Below, piece by piece: positions 16,042-30,300 of a DNA stretch of 64,000 nucleotides; within the stretch, counting starts at the first letter, position 1, and each line of letters begins with the position of its first letter. The stretch is taken from contig CM022676.1 of NCBI GenBank assembly GCA_012295275.1, forward strand, positions 10,974,001 to 11,038,000. Reading direction: 5' to 3'. Made by a program: the position numbers and the translations under genes. A model generated the notes under the pieces. It saw only the letters and a program-made list of their open reading frames with translations, did not search any database and was not told where the DNA came from. The stretch comes from Chrysomallon squamiferum. Its lineage: Eukaryota; Animalia; Mollusca.

Positions 16042-19000
16042 CCTGTCTGATGTAGCACTGTGCAGCACTGTGTTACTGGATACATCTGTGCTGGATTAGG
16101 AGAGGAGGAGGTACAACAGTTCTCACAACAATCAACTCTGCTGTTGCTAAATCAGCCACAGGTAGCTTTGATTACTGGTAAGTAACAAGTACACAGGTAG
16201 CTTTGATTACTGGTAAGTAACAAGTACACAGGTAGCTTTGATTACTGGTAAGTAACAAGTACTCAGGTAGCTTTGATTACTGGTAAGTAACAAGTACACA
16301 GGTAGCTTTGATTACTGGTAAGTAACAAGTACTCAGGTAGCTTTGATTACTGGTAAGTAACAAGTACACAGGTAGATTTGATTACTGGTAAGTAACAAGT
16401 ACACAGGTAGCTTTGATTACTGGTAAGTAACAAGTACACAGGTAGATTTGATTACTGGTAAGTAACAAGTACTCAGGTAGCTTTGATTACTGGTAAGTAA
16501 CAAGTACACAGGTAGCTTTGATTACTGGTAAGTAACAAGTACACAGGTAGATTTGATTACTGGTAAGTAACAAGTACACAGGTAGCTTTGATTACTGGTA
16601 AGTAACAAGTACACAGGTAGATTTGATTACTGGTAAGTAACAAGTACTCAGGTAGCTTTGATTACTGGTAAGTAACAAGTACTCAGGTAGCTTTGATTAC
16701 TGGTAAGTAACAAGTACACAGGTAGATTTGATTACTGGTAAGTAACAAGTACACAGGTAGCTTTGATTACTGGTAAGTAACAAGTACACAGGTAGCGTTG
16801 ATTACTGGTAGTAACAAGTACACAAGTGATTACTGGTAAGTAACAAGTACTCAGGTAGCTTTGATTACTGGTAAGTAACAAGTACACAGGTAGATTTGAT
16901 TAGGTAAGTAACAAGTACACAGGTAGCGTTGATTACTGGTAAGTAACAAGTACACAGGTAGCTTTGATTACTGGTAAGTAACAAGTACACAGGTAGCTTT
17001 GATTGCTGGTAAGTAACAAGTACACAGGTAGCTTTGATTACTGGTAAGTAACAAGTACACAGGTAGCTTTGATTACTGGTAAGTAACAAGTACACAGGTA
17101 GCTTTGATTACTGGTAAGTAACAAGTACACAGGTAGCTTTGATTACTGGTAAGTAACAAGTACACAGGTAGATTTGATTACTGGTAAGTAACAAGTACAC
17201 AGGTAGATTTGATTACTGGTAAGTAACAAGTACTCAGGTAGCTTTGATTACTGGTAAGTAACAAGTACACAGGTAGCTTTGATTACTGGTAAGTAACAAG
17301 TACACAGGTAGATTTGATTACTGGTAAGTAACAAGTACACAGGTAGCTTTGATTACTGGTAAGTAACACATGTACAGGCATTTATTTGTAAATTTATTTA
17401 TAATATGTAATAGCTGAGTCATACAGAGATAACAGATGTAAGACACTGAGAGAGGAGACATGATACTCAGCAGGAAAGGAGAGAGAGAGAAAAAAATAGT
17501 TTGAAAGTGAGAAATATAAAACAGAAAATGAGAAGAGAAGGAAAGCAAAGAAAGAAAGAAAAGAATCAGATATGCAAGAGGAAAAAGAAAGAAAATGTTT
17601 GGTAGACAAACAAGACGGAAAATGAACCTGAGCTGCTCAGTTTTTGAAATAATGTGTCACATCTGTGGTAAGTAACAACAAACCATGTGTAATGTTTAAA
17701 ATAGATGATTTACATGTAGCATAATTAATCATTTTTATTGAAAATAACATACCACACTATCACATACACACTCAAAATGTACCATTATCTAAATGAAGAA
17801 GATCAAACTATTTTCTTAAAAGTGGGATTTCTAACATCTCCTGTTGAGTAAAACTGTTAATCAGAAATCTTTTTTCCGACAACCATTTATATTCTATAGT
17901 GACACAGTCATAGTAGCTGCACCATTTCTTTAAATGTACTTAAATGTGTATGTGTGTGCATGTCTTTTTATGTATGTGTATGTGTATATAAATATGCAAG
18001 TTTTTGTGTGTCTTTGTATGTGTGTGTATGTGTGGTGTATGTGTATATGTATATGCATGTTTGTGTGTGTATCTGTGTGTGTACGTTTGTGCATGTATTA
18101 CTACTATTACAATAATTACTACTACTATAGCTACTATTACAGCAAAAAGAACAACTAAATCTACCACTGCTATTTTTGTTATTAGTCCAGTATAAAAGTT
18201 AGAAAAGAAAGGAGTAAAGTGACTGGAGTAAGTTAGAAAAGAAGATGACAAACCTGGTGCGGCCAGTGGGGAGGGCGGGGTCTTCCTGCGGCGGGGCCAC
18301 ATTTTGGGAAACCTCCAGAAAAAGGACGTGTGTTCTGAACCTGTTTTAGACTTAGTGTTCATTGGAACACACAAACTGGAACAGAAACTTCAGAAAAATA
18401 TTGACACATGGTTTCCAGAACTACATCCAAAAGTGATAATTTGTATTTACACTGGCATGTGAAGAGCTCCGAGGGAGTGAACTTGCTACTTTCATGGGTA
18501 ACACCAAAATCAGTGCACACAGGATACTAAAACAATCTGCAGCTGGAAAGATTTCAACGTGATGTATCACATCCAGTTTGTTGTGAAAATTAAACTCACA
18601 CACACCAGATGAGTCAACAAGATAACTACAGCATTGAAGAAAAAACCAGAAAACAAGTTCACCGAGAATTAATTGTATCCTAGCAACTGGATTATTCATT
18701 GACTAAAATGTTTGGCTGGACTCACATTTCAGTATGACCATTCCTGGAGATTTCAAACTTCCTCTTTTAAGTCTACCATTTGTAAGAATGTTCCACCAAA
18801 CCCCCCTGTTAATGTATGGGGTTGGGGGGGGTTCTCAAGTTTCAGGTAAAAACCTCAGTAATCCTAATTGAGTGGTCCAATCAAAGTGAGACAAGCAGTC
18901 TTGTTTGAACCCAACGTTGGTTAAAAATCTGCTACAAATTATCTTCTGCTAATTTGACGTCTGGCAGTTAGTTTCTGAAACTTTGCTTCTGCTGGATTCA

Positions 19001-22000
19001 GTGAGGCAGAAATCAGCTCAGCGACAGGCTTCTCTTTTCTCGTAAATAATCACTTCCAGGTCAGCTAGGGTCGCTTCTGATCTACACCACTACCAAAATG
19101 TAAATTTAACTGAAGCAAAACAATGTGGAGAGATCATGTGAGAAAGAAAAGCAGCTGTCAGCGTGAATCCAAGTTTAAAAAGTGAAAAACTTCGAAAGTG
19201 GAGATTTTCTTCTTTTCTGTGGCCACACGTTTAATCCAAACCAATCCTGCCTGTGTGGAACCAGGAAATCTAGCCTGACTCCGTTTACAACTCTCATACT
19301 GCATGTACTCACACAGTCAACTGGAATGTTGGACTTTATCAGGCTGTTCTCTCTTGTACTGGTCTGATACTGTCCACCAACATAAACTTTATCTTACAGT
19401 TCTAGATGTTATCACTGTGTGTATATATGATTTATGCATGTATGTATGTATGTGTGGGTATATATATATATATGTATATATATTGGCTATTTCAATTTAT
19501 TTGTTATTTACTTCATAGAGATTTTATTTATCATATTTGTAAATATGTCATTAATATCAATAATAAATATATGTATGTGTGTAACAACTTCTATTTCCAT
19601 ACATAACTACATCTGTCTGTCCTATTTATATAGAAACCATCACAGAAAAAAAACACAACAAAAAATACAGGCTGAGTTACCATGGTAACTGAAGTGATAT
19701 AGTGTAAGAAAGAAGAAAAGAAAAACTGACAGATGTTAAAACAGTTTCTGTCTGCCTTCAGCATCCTAATTCCTCATTCTTTGAAATAGCCAACAGAAAC
19801 TCATTTTAACAACTACTACAACAAAATTAAAACACAATTAACAAAATGCAGTTTGTCAACATTCAGAAAGGAAAACAGTGTTTACTTGTTTGATGACCAA
19901 TTCATTTTCAAGATCTTCTTAATAATAACAATAACCACTACACCTGTATTCCATCATTTAATAACAACAACTACACCAACAATGTTAAACAATCTTGTAT
20001 TAAAAGTGTTTTAGTTTTGTGCTGAAGTAGAACAGAAATTTGAAGATTCTAATTTAAGTTCTTTGATGTTGCAGTGTGTAGTGTGGTATTACGTCTTAAC
20101 CAAACCAGAGTAATGTTGTACATGTAGCCAGGTATCTCACTGGTTTGAACACATCACACAATACAGCAGAACCTGTGTTATAGTTTATATACAACTTTCA
20201 CTGTAGATAGCCAGCTATCACACTGGTTTGAACACATCACACAATACAGCAGAACCTGTGTTATAGTTTATATACAACTTTCACTGCAGATAGCCAGGTA
20301 TCACACTGGTTTGAACACATCACACAATACAGCATAACCTGTGTTATAGTTTATATACAACTTTCACTGTAGATAGAGGGGAAGTCATTGGAAAATTAAA
20401 ATTCACTCAGACAAAATCAGTACAGACACATTTCAGCACAGTTTATATTTTATACTTATTATGTACTTCTCATATTTAAAATGGTTTCTGAGAAAAACTT
20501 TGTTTATTTCCACTGGCTGTTGTTATTATTTAGCAAGAATTTTTATTTTACAAAAAGCTTCTCACAAACAGGAAAAACATTATTGTTATTGTTCAAGCAG
20601 TTGGTGAAACACTACTGGAATGAAAAGTAAGATAAAAAAGAAAAGGAAAAAAAAAAACCTCAATATCATTATTAAATATAATTTTAACTTTCTGTAGTTT
20701 TTATTGTATCTTAAACTAACAAGTTTTGAATGTCTAACTTTAAAAAAATTCTCCAGTTTATTTTATAAAATTATCTCTTAATCAGCTCCTCACAATCATA
20801 AAAAAATAAAAATTCTTCAAAAGTATTAATGAGCAAGTTATCTTTGATCAGTGAATAATTTAATTGATTATTGCAGGCAGCAGTGTTTATGTAAGCTGAT
20901 TAGCAATGTGTAGGTGTTTCTTGCTGGAAATAATAAAACTTGGATTTACTGGTTTTATTTGTTATTGTAACAACTCTCAGACAGGAAGTGATCGTAATTA
21001 GGTCAGTCTTGATTACCTTTACATCTGCTTTTGTTTCTCTCACCTCTGGTTGAAAAGTCATAAATGAAAACTTAAACAAAGAATAAGAATTTCTTTTTCA
21101 TTTTTGTTTATTCCCCATTAGTTCCTTTGTTATTTTGTTTCTTTTTTTTTATTTTGGTTTTATTTTTACTTTTTTATTATGGTATATAATTTTAGTATTA
21201 TTATTACTAATACAATTGTTATTACCCATATTTTTAATTATTTTAATATCGTCATTATCATCATCTTCTGAATTTCTCTTGATTTCATGTACTGCTGATC
21301 TAGATATGAATGGCTGTTGACAAACTAAGATAAACAATTAAAATATTTTGTTCCAACTAAATATATAAAGAATGAACTAGTGATCAATATTTCCTGTTAC
21401 AAATTACAAAAAAGTATATATATATGTATGTGTGTGTGTGTGTGTGCATGCGTGTGTGTAATTAAAAAAAATAAAATAAATTAACTTCAAACACTGTTGA
21501 CCTTCATCTTTAGAAAAAAAAATTAATAGTTCACCTCAGTATTATAAAATCTTTGTTTTTCTCTTATTATATATTTGTGTTTGTCCATGTGTTCTCGTTT
21601 TATCAATATTAAATAAAAAAAACTTAAAAACAGACTGCTACAGTTTATTGTAAATTAAAGAAAGTCACTCAGCAGTGTAAGAAAGCAAAACTAAAAAGAA
21701 TTGTAATTATTGTCATTAAACTGAACATCAACCTGTCTGTCTAGCAACCTGGTGTTATTACTTATAGTTTGTCAGGCAGCATGTACAAAATACAGCAGAC
21801 ATCTTTATGTAGAATGTTTTAATTTATTACAGTATCTAGTAAAGTAAAATTATTTTCTAAAACACACACACAGATTTTTACAAATCTTAGTCTCAGTGCC
21901 AAAAATTGTTTGTTTGAGTGTGAACGTTTTGTGAATTGAAATGAATCAGAAAAAAAAAAAGGTTTATGAGGGTAGAAAAACTGATATAGTATCAAAAAAA

Positions 22001-23676
22001 AAACATTTCATCGAATCAGAAAGTGAAATGAAATCCTTTAATTTTTGTTTTCAATTATTGCTTTTATTAAACATTACAAAAGTAAATTAAATGTGGGTGA
22101 GTTTTAGTCTGTTAAAGAAAGTTAAAAGAAACTTATTAGCTTTTGAACAAAAGAAAAAGATAGTGTGTTGAATATATATATTTAACATTATTAGAAAACG
22201 GGTTTAGAAAAGTCATGCATGAGAAAGAGCAGACGAGAAATAAAAAGAAAAACCAGTTGAAAAATAACTGCACATAACAGCAAAAATTTTGTTTTGAACT
22301 AAAAGAACTAAATGATAGAAAAATAAGATGAGATTAAAAAAAACAGATAAATAATAATAATAATGATTTAAAAAAAAAAAAAAAATAAGAGTGACTGCCT
22401 TTAAGAGTAATATCTTCTTCATATGACTACTAGCTTGGTTATTTTTAACTTGATACAATGACTCTCTCATGTTCTTCCATTTTTTGTTTTTGTTATTTAT
22501 TCACTACTTTTTCTCCACTCACACAATGTGGAGGTAAATTGAGGCAGTGTACCTGCTCTGTTTCGTCAGTGAGGTAAAGATCTGCACCTGACAGAGTGTG
22601 CCAGTGAAAACAATCAACCAATCAGAAACCATCTGGAAAACGTCTGCAACAGGAACAGAATGGATCCAGAAATAACCAGTTATTTCCTGTCTGTCACTTT
22701 CAATCTCCTCTAATACCCAGACCAACAAGATGTGTCAGTCAACACCAGTAAACAGAAACTACACCTGTTACAGTGAAAACCATCACATCTCCTGAAGGGG
22801 AACCATTTTGATGAAATCTTAAGTAGAACTTTGTCATAAATAACATTTTTAATTGGTCCTTCAAGAATACCTTTTCACTTCTCTGTGATCAGTAACACAG
22901 ATGGAATTCTTATAAAAACACCATAGAAATCATTATTTGTGTTTTTTTGTGTGTGTTATTTTTATTTATTTTTTTAATGTTATTATTTTATTTTCAGTTA
23001 TTTTAACTATTACTAAGGTAGCATATTTGAAATATAATTTGCTACTTTTTAAAAAAAAATATTTATATTGCTTTGCTTTCCAATGGAAGGTGGATATGCA
23101 AGTGAGGTTAATCCTAACTAGTAACCAAGGACTGGATTTCATTTTATGAAAAAACAGTTAATATTAAGAATTGTTCAGACGCTGGTTAATAAATATTCAT
23201 CCAGTGTTTGACACACACACACAAAATAAATAAATAAATAAATGAAACAAAACTGTGTTACTAAAACAAAGTGATAGATGAAAGATTTCATGAATAGATG
23301 GATGAATTTATTGATAAAAGCACAAATATTTAGATGGATGGCTGGATGAATGGACAAATGTAGTCAATGAATTGTCAGCAGAGGTTAGATAAAACTTGAC
23401 AGAGAGAGTCGACTGTTTTCAGTTTTGTTTAAACTGGAAATGAAATCACGTTATTAATGCAATAGAAGAAGAGTACAAAGAGAAAACAGGAAAAACAAGA
23501 GATGTGTGTTTTGAAATGTGAGTAGTAACATTTACAAGTGGTGAGTCAGGTACATGACAACTGTGCATCTCTTTGACTCACATTATATATCGTTAGATAC
23601 CTTGTTGCCAAGGTACTGGAGACTTTCTTACTAACTAAACCGTTTATTGTGATTAGCGATTTCAAAAACAATTTGT

Positions 23677-23722
<46 letters not shown>

Positions 23723-25500
23723 CACATCTTTCAGTATTACTATACAAAAACCAGTTCTACAGAATGATTAAAAGTTAAGTTACTGGAATAAATCAATAGT
23801 AACAGGAAGAGAACAACAGAGAGACAAGAGTGAAAGAGAGACAATGTCTGGGAGAAAGAAAGATTAAAATAGAGAAAAAAAAGAAAAGAAGCTATAGCAG
23901 TTTAGAGACACAAGTACCAATATCACCGAACTAAACAAATTAATAAACATAGCTCTTAACCTGTAAAGGGAGATAACCTTATTATTTCAGCATCAGTGCT
24001 AAATTACTGTAATACAAGAATCTGACAAATGTCTACTGTAGAGAAACAAAGAGAACATTTACAAGACACACCTACACCCACAAAGACAAATCTCTACTTG
24101 TTTCTGGAGTAGAAAAGAATTGAAATTGTGAATCACTTGATAAGTGTTTGAAAGCGGAAGCTGACACTCACAACTCAAGCAGTGTTAAGAGTTACAAGTG
24201 TCAGAGGTTTAAGTGTATATTCATATGTAACTAAAACACTTTCTCTTATTAATGTTGTTTTCTTACTATTTTATCTAAGGGTTCTGTTTGTTGTGTTTTT
24301 ATTAGTATTCTTTTTATTGTACTTTATTATTATAATAATTATTATACAATTATTATTATTATTTGTTGTTGTTGTTATTTGTTATTATAATAATTATTAT
24401 ACAATTATTATTATTATTTGTTGTTGTTGTTACTATTGTTATTATAATTATTATTGTTGTTATTGTTATGATTATTATTTTTATTAAAAACAATGATAAT
24501 AACAACAAAAATACACAGTGGTACATCGACTTACAAGTGCCCCAACTTACAAGTTTTTCAAGTTATCAGCAGTTGCCCAGTTATTTTGTGCTTTGATTGC
24601 TCGCTTTATGTGCAGTACAATGCCAAATTTCTTTTTTTTCTGGCCATGGTTCCTGAGAAAGTGAGTGCAAAGAACAGTGCTGAGAAGAAGAAGTGGATGA
24701 TGTCCATTGAATTGAAGCTTGAATTCATAGGAAATCATTAGTGAGATATGTGTGCAGTCACCCTGGTTAGGCAGTATGAGTGTAGTACTTCTATGAAGCT
24801 GAAGGAAATCATTAGTGAGATATGTGTGCAGTCACCTTGGTTAGGCAGTATGAGTGTAGTACTTCTATGATATGTACCATACTGAAGCTGAAGGAAATCA
24901 TTAGTGAGATATGCGTGCAGTCACCTTGGTTAGGCAGTATGAGTGTAGTACTTCTGTGATACACCATACTGAAGCTGAAGAGTCAAAGCCAAAGGTATTA
25001 AAATAATTTGTCTGATTTCCAAGATAAATACACTTTACAAAACCAGTTTATGTCTTTACGTTCTCTTTTATGTTTTTTTTTATATTTTTCATTTATAAAT
25101 TCATTTTTCTTATTTAAAAGCACAATAGAAAAAATAAACAAATAAACAAATAAAAATAAAATGGAGTGGTTTTTAGGGGGCTGGAATGGATTAAATGTAT
25201 TTCAGTCAATTTCAGTTGATTTGATATATGAGCAAACTGAGACATGAACTTGGTCACAGACTGAATTAAACTAATAAGTCAAGGTACCACTGTGTTCCTA
25301 ACAACACCTACAACAAACAATGGTGTGACATAAAATAACAGCAACAACAGTGATAGTATGTCATATTAGATGTAATAATAGTAATAATCATAATAATATA
25401 TAATAATAATATTATTAATATTAATAATAATAATAATAATATATAATATTAATAATAATAATAATAATATATAATAATAATATTATTAATATTAATAATC

Positions 25501-25554
<54 letters not shown>

Positions 25555-26837
25555 TAATAAAAAAAAAAAAAAAAAAAAATAATTTTTTTTTTTATAAAAT
25601 AATATTTCTTACCCTGTGCTAGTCTTGTAGGTCTGTCAATCAAAACACCATCAATAGAAGTAAGTTGTGCAAGAGGAACAAGGGTGATGACGTTGTCACA
25701 GTTGTCAATGTAGCAGTGCTCAGGATCCACGCCTGTGCCGTCAATGATGATGTCAGGTTTGCCATATTCCGATCCACATCCAAGTGTTGTCCTGCCTTGT
25801 TTAAAAATTTAAATACAATTATTAATAATAAAATTTATATAATTTAATTGTCATAATAACAATAATGATGATGAAGAGGAGGAACAGAATAAAGAAAGAA
25901 AGAAAGAAAGAAAGAAAGAAATATATAAACAGAACATTTTGTAACTAAGTCCAGTGCAGGCAGAAACCTACTAAAAACCTTACTGACTTTAACAACAAAT
26001 CAAATTTAAAAATAAATAAACAAATAAATTTAAATTAAATAAAAAATCATAGTGAAAGTTAAATAAATAAATAAGTAAATGAATAAATAAATACATTTTT
26101 TTTTATGACAAATCTATCAGAATTTCATGAGGATAGCAATGATAATTATTGAATTATTAATTTAACATGAGCAATAATAGCAATAATTATATGAGAAAAA
26201 AAAACAATACTTGTACTACTACTAGTACTAATAATATAATTTTATTTAACATAATAACATGGTTTGGTAATTCAGAAAACAGGTTGTGTTGTTCTCTCTG
26301 TTGGAAAGGAAATCTGAGTTGTCAGCAGAGTGTTCTTTTCTACTGTTCACTGTTATTTAAAAACTGTTTGAAAGTGTTAACAGCAGCGAATTTAAAATGT
26401 ATTGACAAATTTATTCAATCACTAATTATAACAAATGACTCTGGATCAGTTCTCTACAGTGATATCTCTGACTCTTTTCAATTCCAACCTGTGCTCTGTG
26501 ACTAGTTTGTCAAAGATCGTGTTGGTATGTGCTGATATTTAAACAAAACAAATTTAAGAGTAATGTATGTGTCTGTGTAAGTTTATAACATTATGACAGT
26601 AAAAAAAAAAAAAAAACTTAAAATGTTGTGATAAGAACATCCTTTTCATCCTGTTTAACATCCAAAAGTAACTCTTTTTTTAACTGGTAGGTCTGTGGTG
26701 TTTGTTAAATGCTTACCAGGATTGATGGCCAGAATAGTGACCCCAACAGACAGCCTACCACCCCCCAGACTGACCAGGTGAGGCACATCAGACTGGACAC
26801 GCACAGAATTGTCCATCTCGGTCACTTCTACCTGATC
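14478..26837 (-). CDS. PHLDB: Pleckstrin homology-like domain family B (PHLDB1/2, LL5-like) gene, 5' part encoding the FHA domain; partial
   Basis: Phase-compatible GT-AG exons 26837-26717 (DQVEVTEMDNSVRVQSDVPHLVSLGGGRLSVGVTILAINPG), 25795-25613 (RTTLGCGSEYGKPDIIIDGTGVDPEHCYIDNCDNVITLVPLAQLTSIDGVLIDRPTRLAQG) and 14600-14478 (SMVCLGRSNYFRFNHPQEAKKMKDSLPNCRISCVPLNFLH). These match from memory the PHLDB1 N-terminus (PHLVSLGSGRLS...PEHCYIEN...PTRLTQG...CLG...RFNHPAEAK). Downstream exons were not found in 1-14.4 kb. Confidence 0.9.
16157..17368. repeat. 35-bp minisatellite (ACACAGGTAGCTTTGATTACTGGTAAGTAACAAGT)n, ~34 copies
   Basis: Direct reading; no spacers, so not CRISPR. Confidence 0.95.
18250..19370 (-). 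mobile_element. Possible decayed hAT-like transposase remnant
   Basis: GC-richer island. The minus-strand peptide ILCALILVLPMKVASSLPRSSS loosely resembles the hAT C-terminal dimerisation motif (LxLPxSxAxxERSFS); many stops. Confidence 0.3.
20125..20375. repeat. 83-bp tandem repeat x3
   Basis: Units start at 20125, 20208 and 20291. Confidence 0.9.
24516..25292 (+). mobile_element. Non-autonomous Tigger/pogo (Tc1-mariner superfamily) DNA transposon
   Basis: TIRs CAGTGGTACATCGACTTA (24516) and TAAGTCAAGGTACCACTG (ends 25292). Internal degenerate CENP-B-type transposase N-terminus MVPEKVSAKNSAEKKKWMMSIELKLEFI...LVRQYECSTSMICTILKLK, internally triplicated at 24730-24980. Confidence 0.85.
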
Positions 26838-28433
26838 CTGATAACAACAACAATATCAGTAATAACACTAATAATAGAACAGCAAAAAATAAATACACTA
26901 ATAATAATAGCAGTATTAACAACAATATCAGTACTAACACTAATAATAAAACAGCAAAAAATAAATACACTAATAATAATAGCAGTATTAACAACAATAT
27001 CAGTACTAACACTAACAATAAAATAGCAAAAAATAAATACACTAATAATAATAGCAGTATTAACAACAACAGCAATACAATAATAATATCAAATACAAAA
27101 TTTAATCATTATATTAACAGAATGAAAGAATGTTTTTGACTAAATAATAATATATTATTAATAATAAATGTTATAACACTAATAACACACATATACAGAG
27201 AAATAATAAGATATTTTGATATTTACCATAATTATTATTGCTTTGCTTTTAAACAGACATCATTTTCAAGCTGAAAAAAAAAAAAAAAAAAAAAATGACA
27301 TAGATTATTGTTATAAATTGTAAACACTGAAATTTTTATATAGTTAAATAAGAAAAAAAAAAAAAAAATTGAAATTACAGAAACACAGAAGTAAATAACT
27401 CCCAGCTGGTGAAATATGTAACTGTTATTACCACCTACTCATTATTAAACTGTTATTTTAACACTGCATACTAACAATACAAATCAGAATATAAATTATA
27501 ACAGTCAGGCAAAAGGTAATCAAAACAAATAACAGAAAGGCCCTTTTGAGGATATGTGAAAACAAGATTTGGCCAAATAATTTCTTTAAAAACATTAAGT
27601 TGATTAATGGTCCATGTATAAATTATATGTAAATTGTGTGTTATCTGGCTTTCTTGTGCATGTGTATCATTATATATCCATTTCTGTCTTTCTCTTTATT
27701 TATAATATAGAATTTTAATTTTAATGTATATTCATTTAATATTATTATTATTATTATTGTAACAGCAAAGTAAAAGTAGAAACATGAAGGCCACTTAATT
27801 TTTATAAAGTTTTCATGGATGTCGCTGATGCTGCTACAGCCAAAGCTTTATTTGCATCACTTAAATCTAAAAATTTGCCATATCTGAATAATTTCTGCTC
27901 TTTAAATGTTTTTATTCTACCATTCTATAACATTTCTAGTTTACCAAAAAAACTAACAACAGAGATAGCTAATTAGCACTGATCTTGTTCCATTAAGAAT
28001 TATGGCTGTACAATGATGTTGCTGTGTGTACTAAAGATTTATGAGAAAGATGTGGCAGGTTTTTCTGCCATGGAAATTCTCCACATTTTGAGGAACAAAA
28101 AGAAGTGACCATCACACTTGTTGCTATTGGCATGGTAAAATTTGAACTGATTGTGTATGTGTGTGTGTAATTATGTACATTGTTCCACACACACATCAGC
28201 AACAAATAAGGAACATCCTTTCTGTTTCACAGTTATGTCATTTAGTATGTACATCAAAACATTTATTATTGATTGTTGATATACTATAGTGTATTTATGA
28301 ATTTGAGTGGTGAAATATGTATTATTTACATTAATTCCTCTTTACCTGTTATTTTGTTATTCATTCCTTCATAATATACATTGACAACATATAGCAAAGA
28401 CCCATATTCGGATGTGTGTGTATGTGTGTGTTC

Positions 28434-28465
<32 letters not shown>

Positions 28466-28539
28466 CAATGATGTGTGAAGTTAAAAATAACAATAACAAA
28501 ATAAATGAATAAATAAATAAATAAATATAATGTAATGGT

Positions 28540-29208
28540 ACATAATGTCAAACCGTAGTCACAGAAACGAGATCCCAGATTTGGCCTCTTCGCATAAAAG
28601 TAGCAATGTGACAGAACGTTAACATTGAACCCTAGGTTCAAACATAATCATGATAACCAGCAATCAAATCCAAAATTCTCTTTTCTGTTATTATTTTGTT
28701 TTCTTGCTTTTTCTTTTACGAAATGACACGATCTCTATAAACCCAGCTTCAGCTTGATAAAATTCAAAATACATTAAATAAAATAAAAGTATACGAACTA
28801 AACAGTGAACTCCGGAGACGAGGCAAGTTAACGAAAAGTTCAAGGCGTCCTCCCAAACCGACGATCTTTCTTTAAGATTAGACCAGCCTGTGCTGCATTG
28901 TTCTCCTCTTTTAGCGATACATTAATTCCGCCTTTTCGACTTATTTCAAATGGCTAAAACTATTATCAGTGACTCATGTCGTCGTGGGAAAATAGTTGGG
29001 TAGTCTCGCAATTTCTTATCGTTTTGACCCTATCTGTGTTAACAACACTCGTGGACTAGACACTCAAGTCTAGCGGGAATGGTGCGACACCGAAACGTCC
29101 TCACTTTGACAATGATTGGCTACGATTAGCAGCGATCGTTACCGAAACAAAAAAAGCGACATAAGCTTTTGATTTTACATCATGCTTGCAAATTAGTTTT
29201 ATACATTA

Positions 29209-29260
<52 letters not shown>

Positions 29261-29490
29261 ATAAAATAACAATAAAAAATTTAATTTATTATATAATCTG
29301 TTGGTTTATCTTTTTTCTTTCTTTCTTTTCATCTGCATCAGAGCGCGAGATAAAAAGTTAATGTAGTACTACTTTTAAAAATCAGTGATCAAGTGACCTT
29401 TATCTTGAGAAAAAAAAAAACAGTACACGGAACAAATTTAAGATAGGGTTGGCACGATTTAATTATTAAAATAAGTATGTTTATCGAGTT

Positions 29491-29530
<40 letters not shown>

Positions 29531-30300
29531 GTGCGTAAAGAAATGCAGACGTACAAACCATACATCTAACAAAAAAATTACGTTCTATACCTTTCCAAGC
29601 AGAATGATTTATTTTGTTGTCTGAGTTATGTCATTTTTAAAAATTAATTTATAATTTTTGTTTTGTTTTGTTTTTTGTTTTATAAATTTATATTTAATAA
29701 TATTTCAGAAAGTTTTAATATTAAAATTAAGTATCAACAGTAGCATGGACGAACAGGAACGATAACTCGTAACGGCACAAATTACGTCACGGAAAAAAGC
29801 TTCAAGACATTTCGGCGATTTAACGGGAACAAATAATCTTTTCTGCTGGGTTCAGAGAGTGGGGACACTGACAGCTTGTAAAGTTTGATTAAGTTCAAAA
29901 AGTTGTTAGAAAAGGCGCGTGATATCATGGTTTGGTAATATAAACAAGCATCCTTACCTTTATCGGTGTAAATCATAAAAAGTTCTGAAAAATGGACGCA
30001 AAATAATTTAATTTGAAAGTTTAAAACTTTCCGTGGGCTCACGGAAACTTCAGATCGAAATCCAATATGGCAGCTTCGAACGCCGATTGGTGTTTACAAA
30101 CATTTAAATACGTCTGCCTTCATAATGCAATCAATTCTACATGTATTATTAAAAGAAATTTGGGGAAATATGTCATTTAATCAATGCCTCGTATACTATT
30201 CTCATTAGGTACCATGACGTGACACGTTACTCTGCTAAAACACCACAGCAGAAAATTAAAAAAAAAAAAAAATTAAACGTCCGTTTAAAGGCCTTATAAT
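28540..30300 (-). promoter_or_regulatory. CpG-enriched putative PHLDB promoter / first-exon region
   Basis: Local CpG enrichment just upstream of the first recognised coding exon. CCAAT boxes (GATTGG at ~29114 and ~30085), a YY1-like AATATGGCAGC at ~30064 and a minus-strand splice donor AAG|GTAAGG at ~29955. Confidence 0.45.

Noticed and set aside
16157-17368. 35-bp repeat array resembling CRISPR
   Set aside because: Units are contiguous with no unique spacers; eukaryotic intron; no cas genes.
22553-22587. Possible 35-nt PHLDB cassette exon
   Set aside because: Not frame-preserving, and the FHA domain is continuous without it.
14478-25795. Kinesin-3 (KIF1/13/14/16) FHA assignment
   Set aside because: The upstream PHLVSLGGGRLS exon and the absence of motor-domain exons fit PHLDB better.
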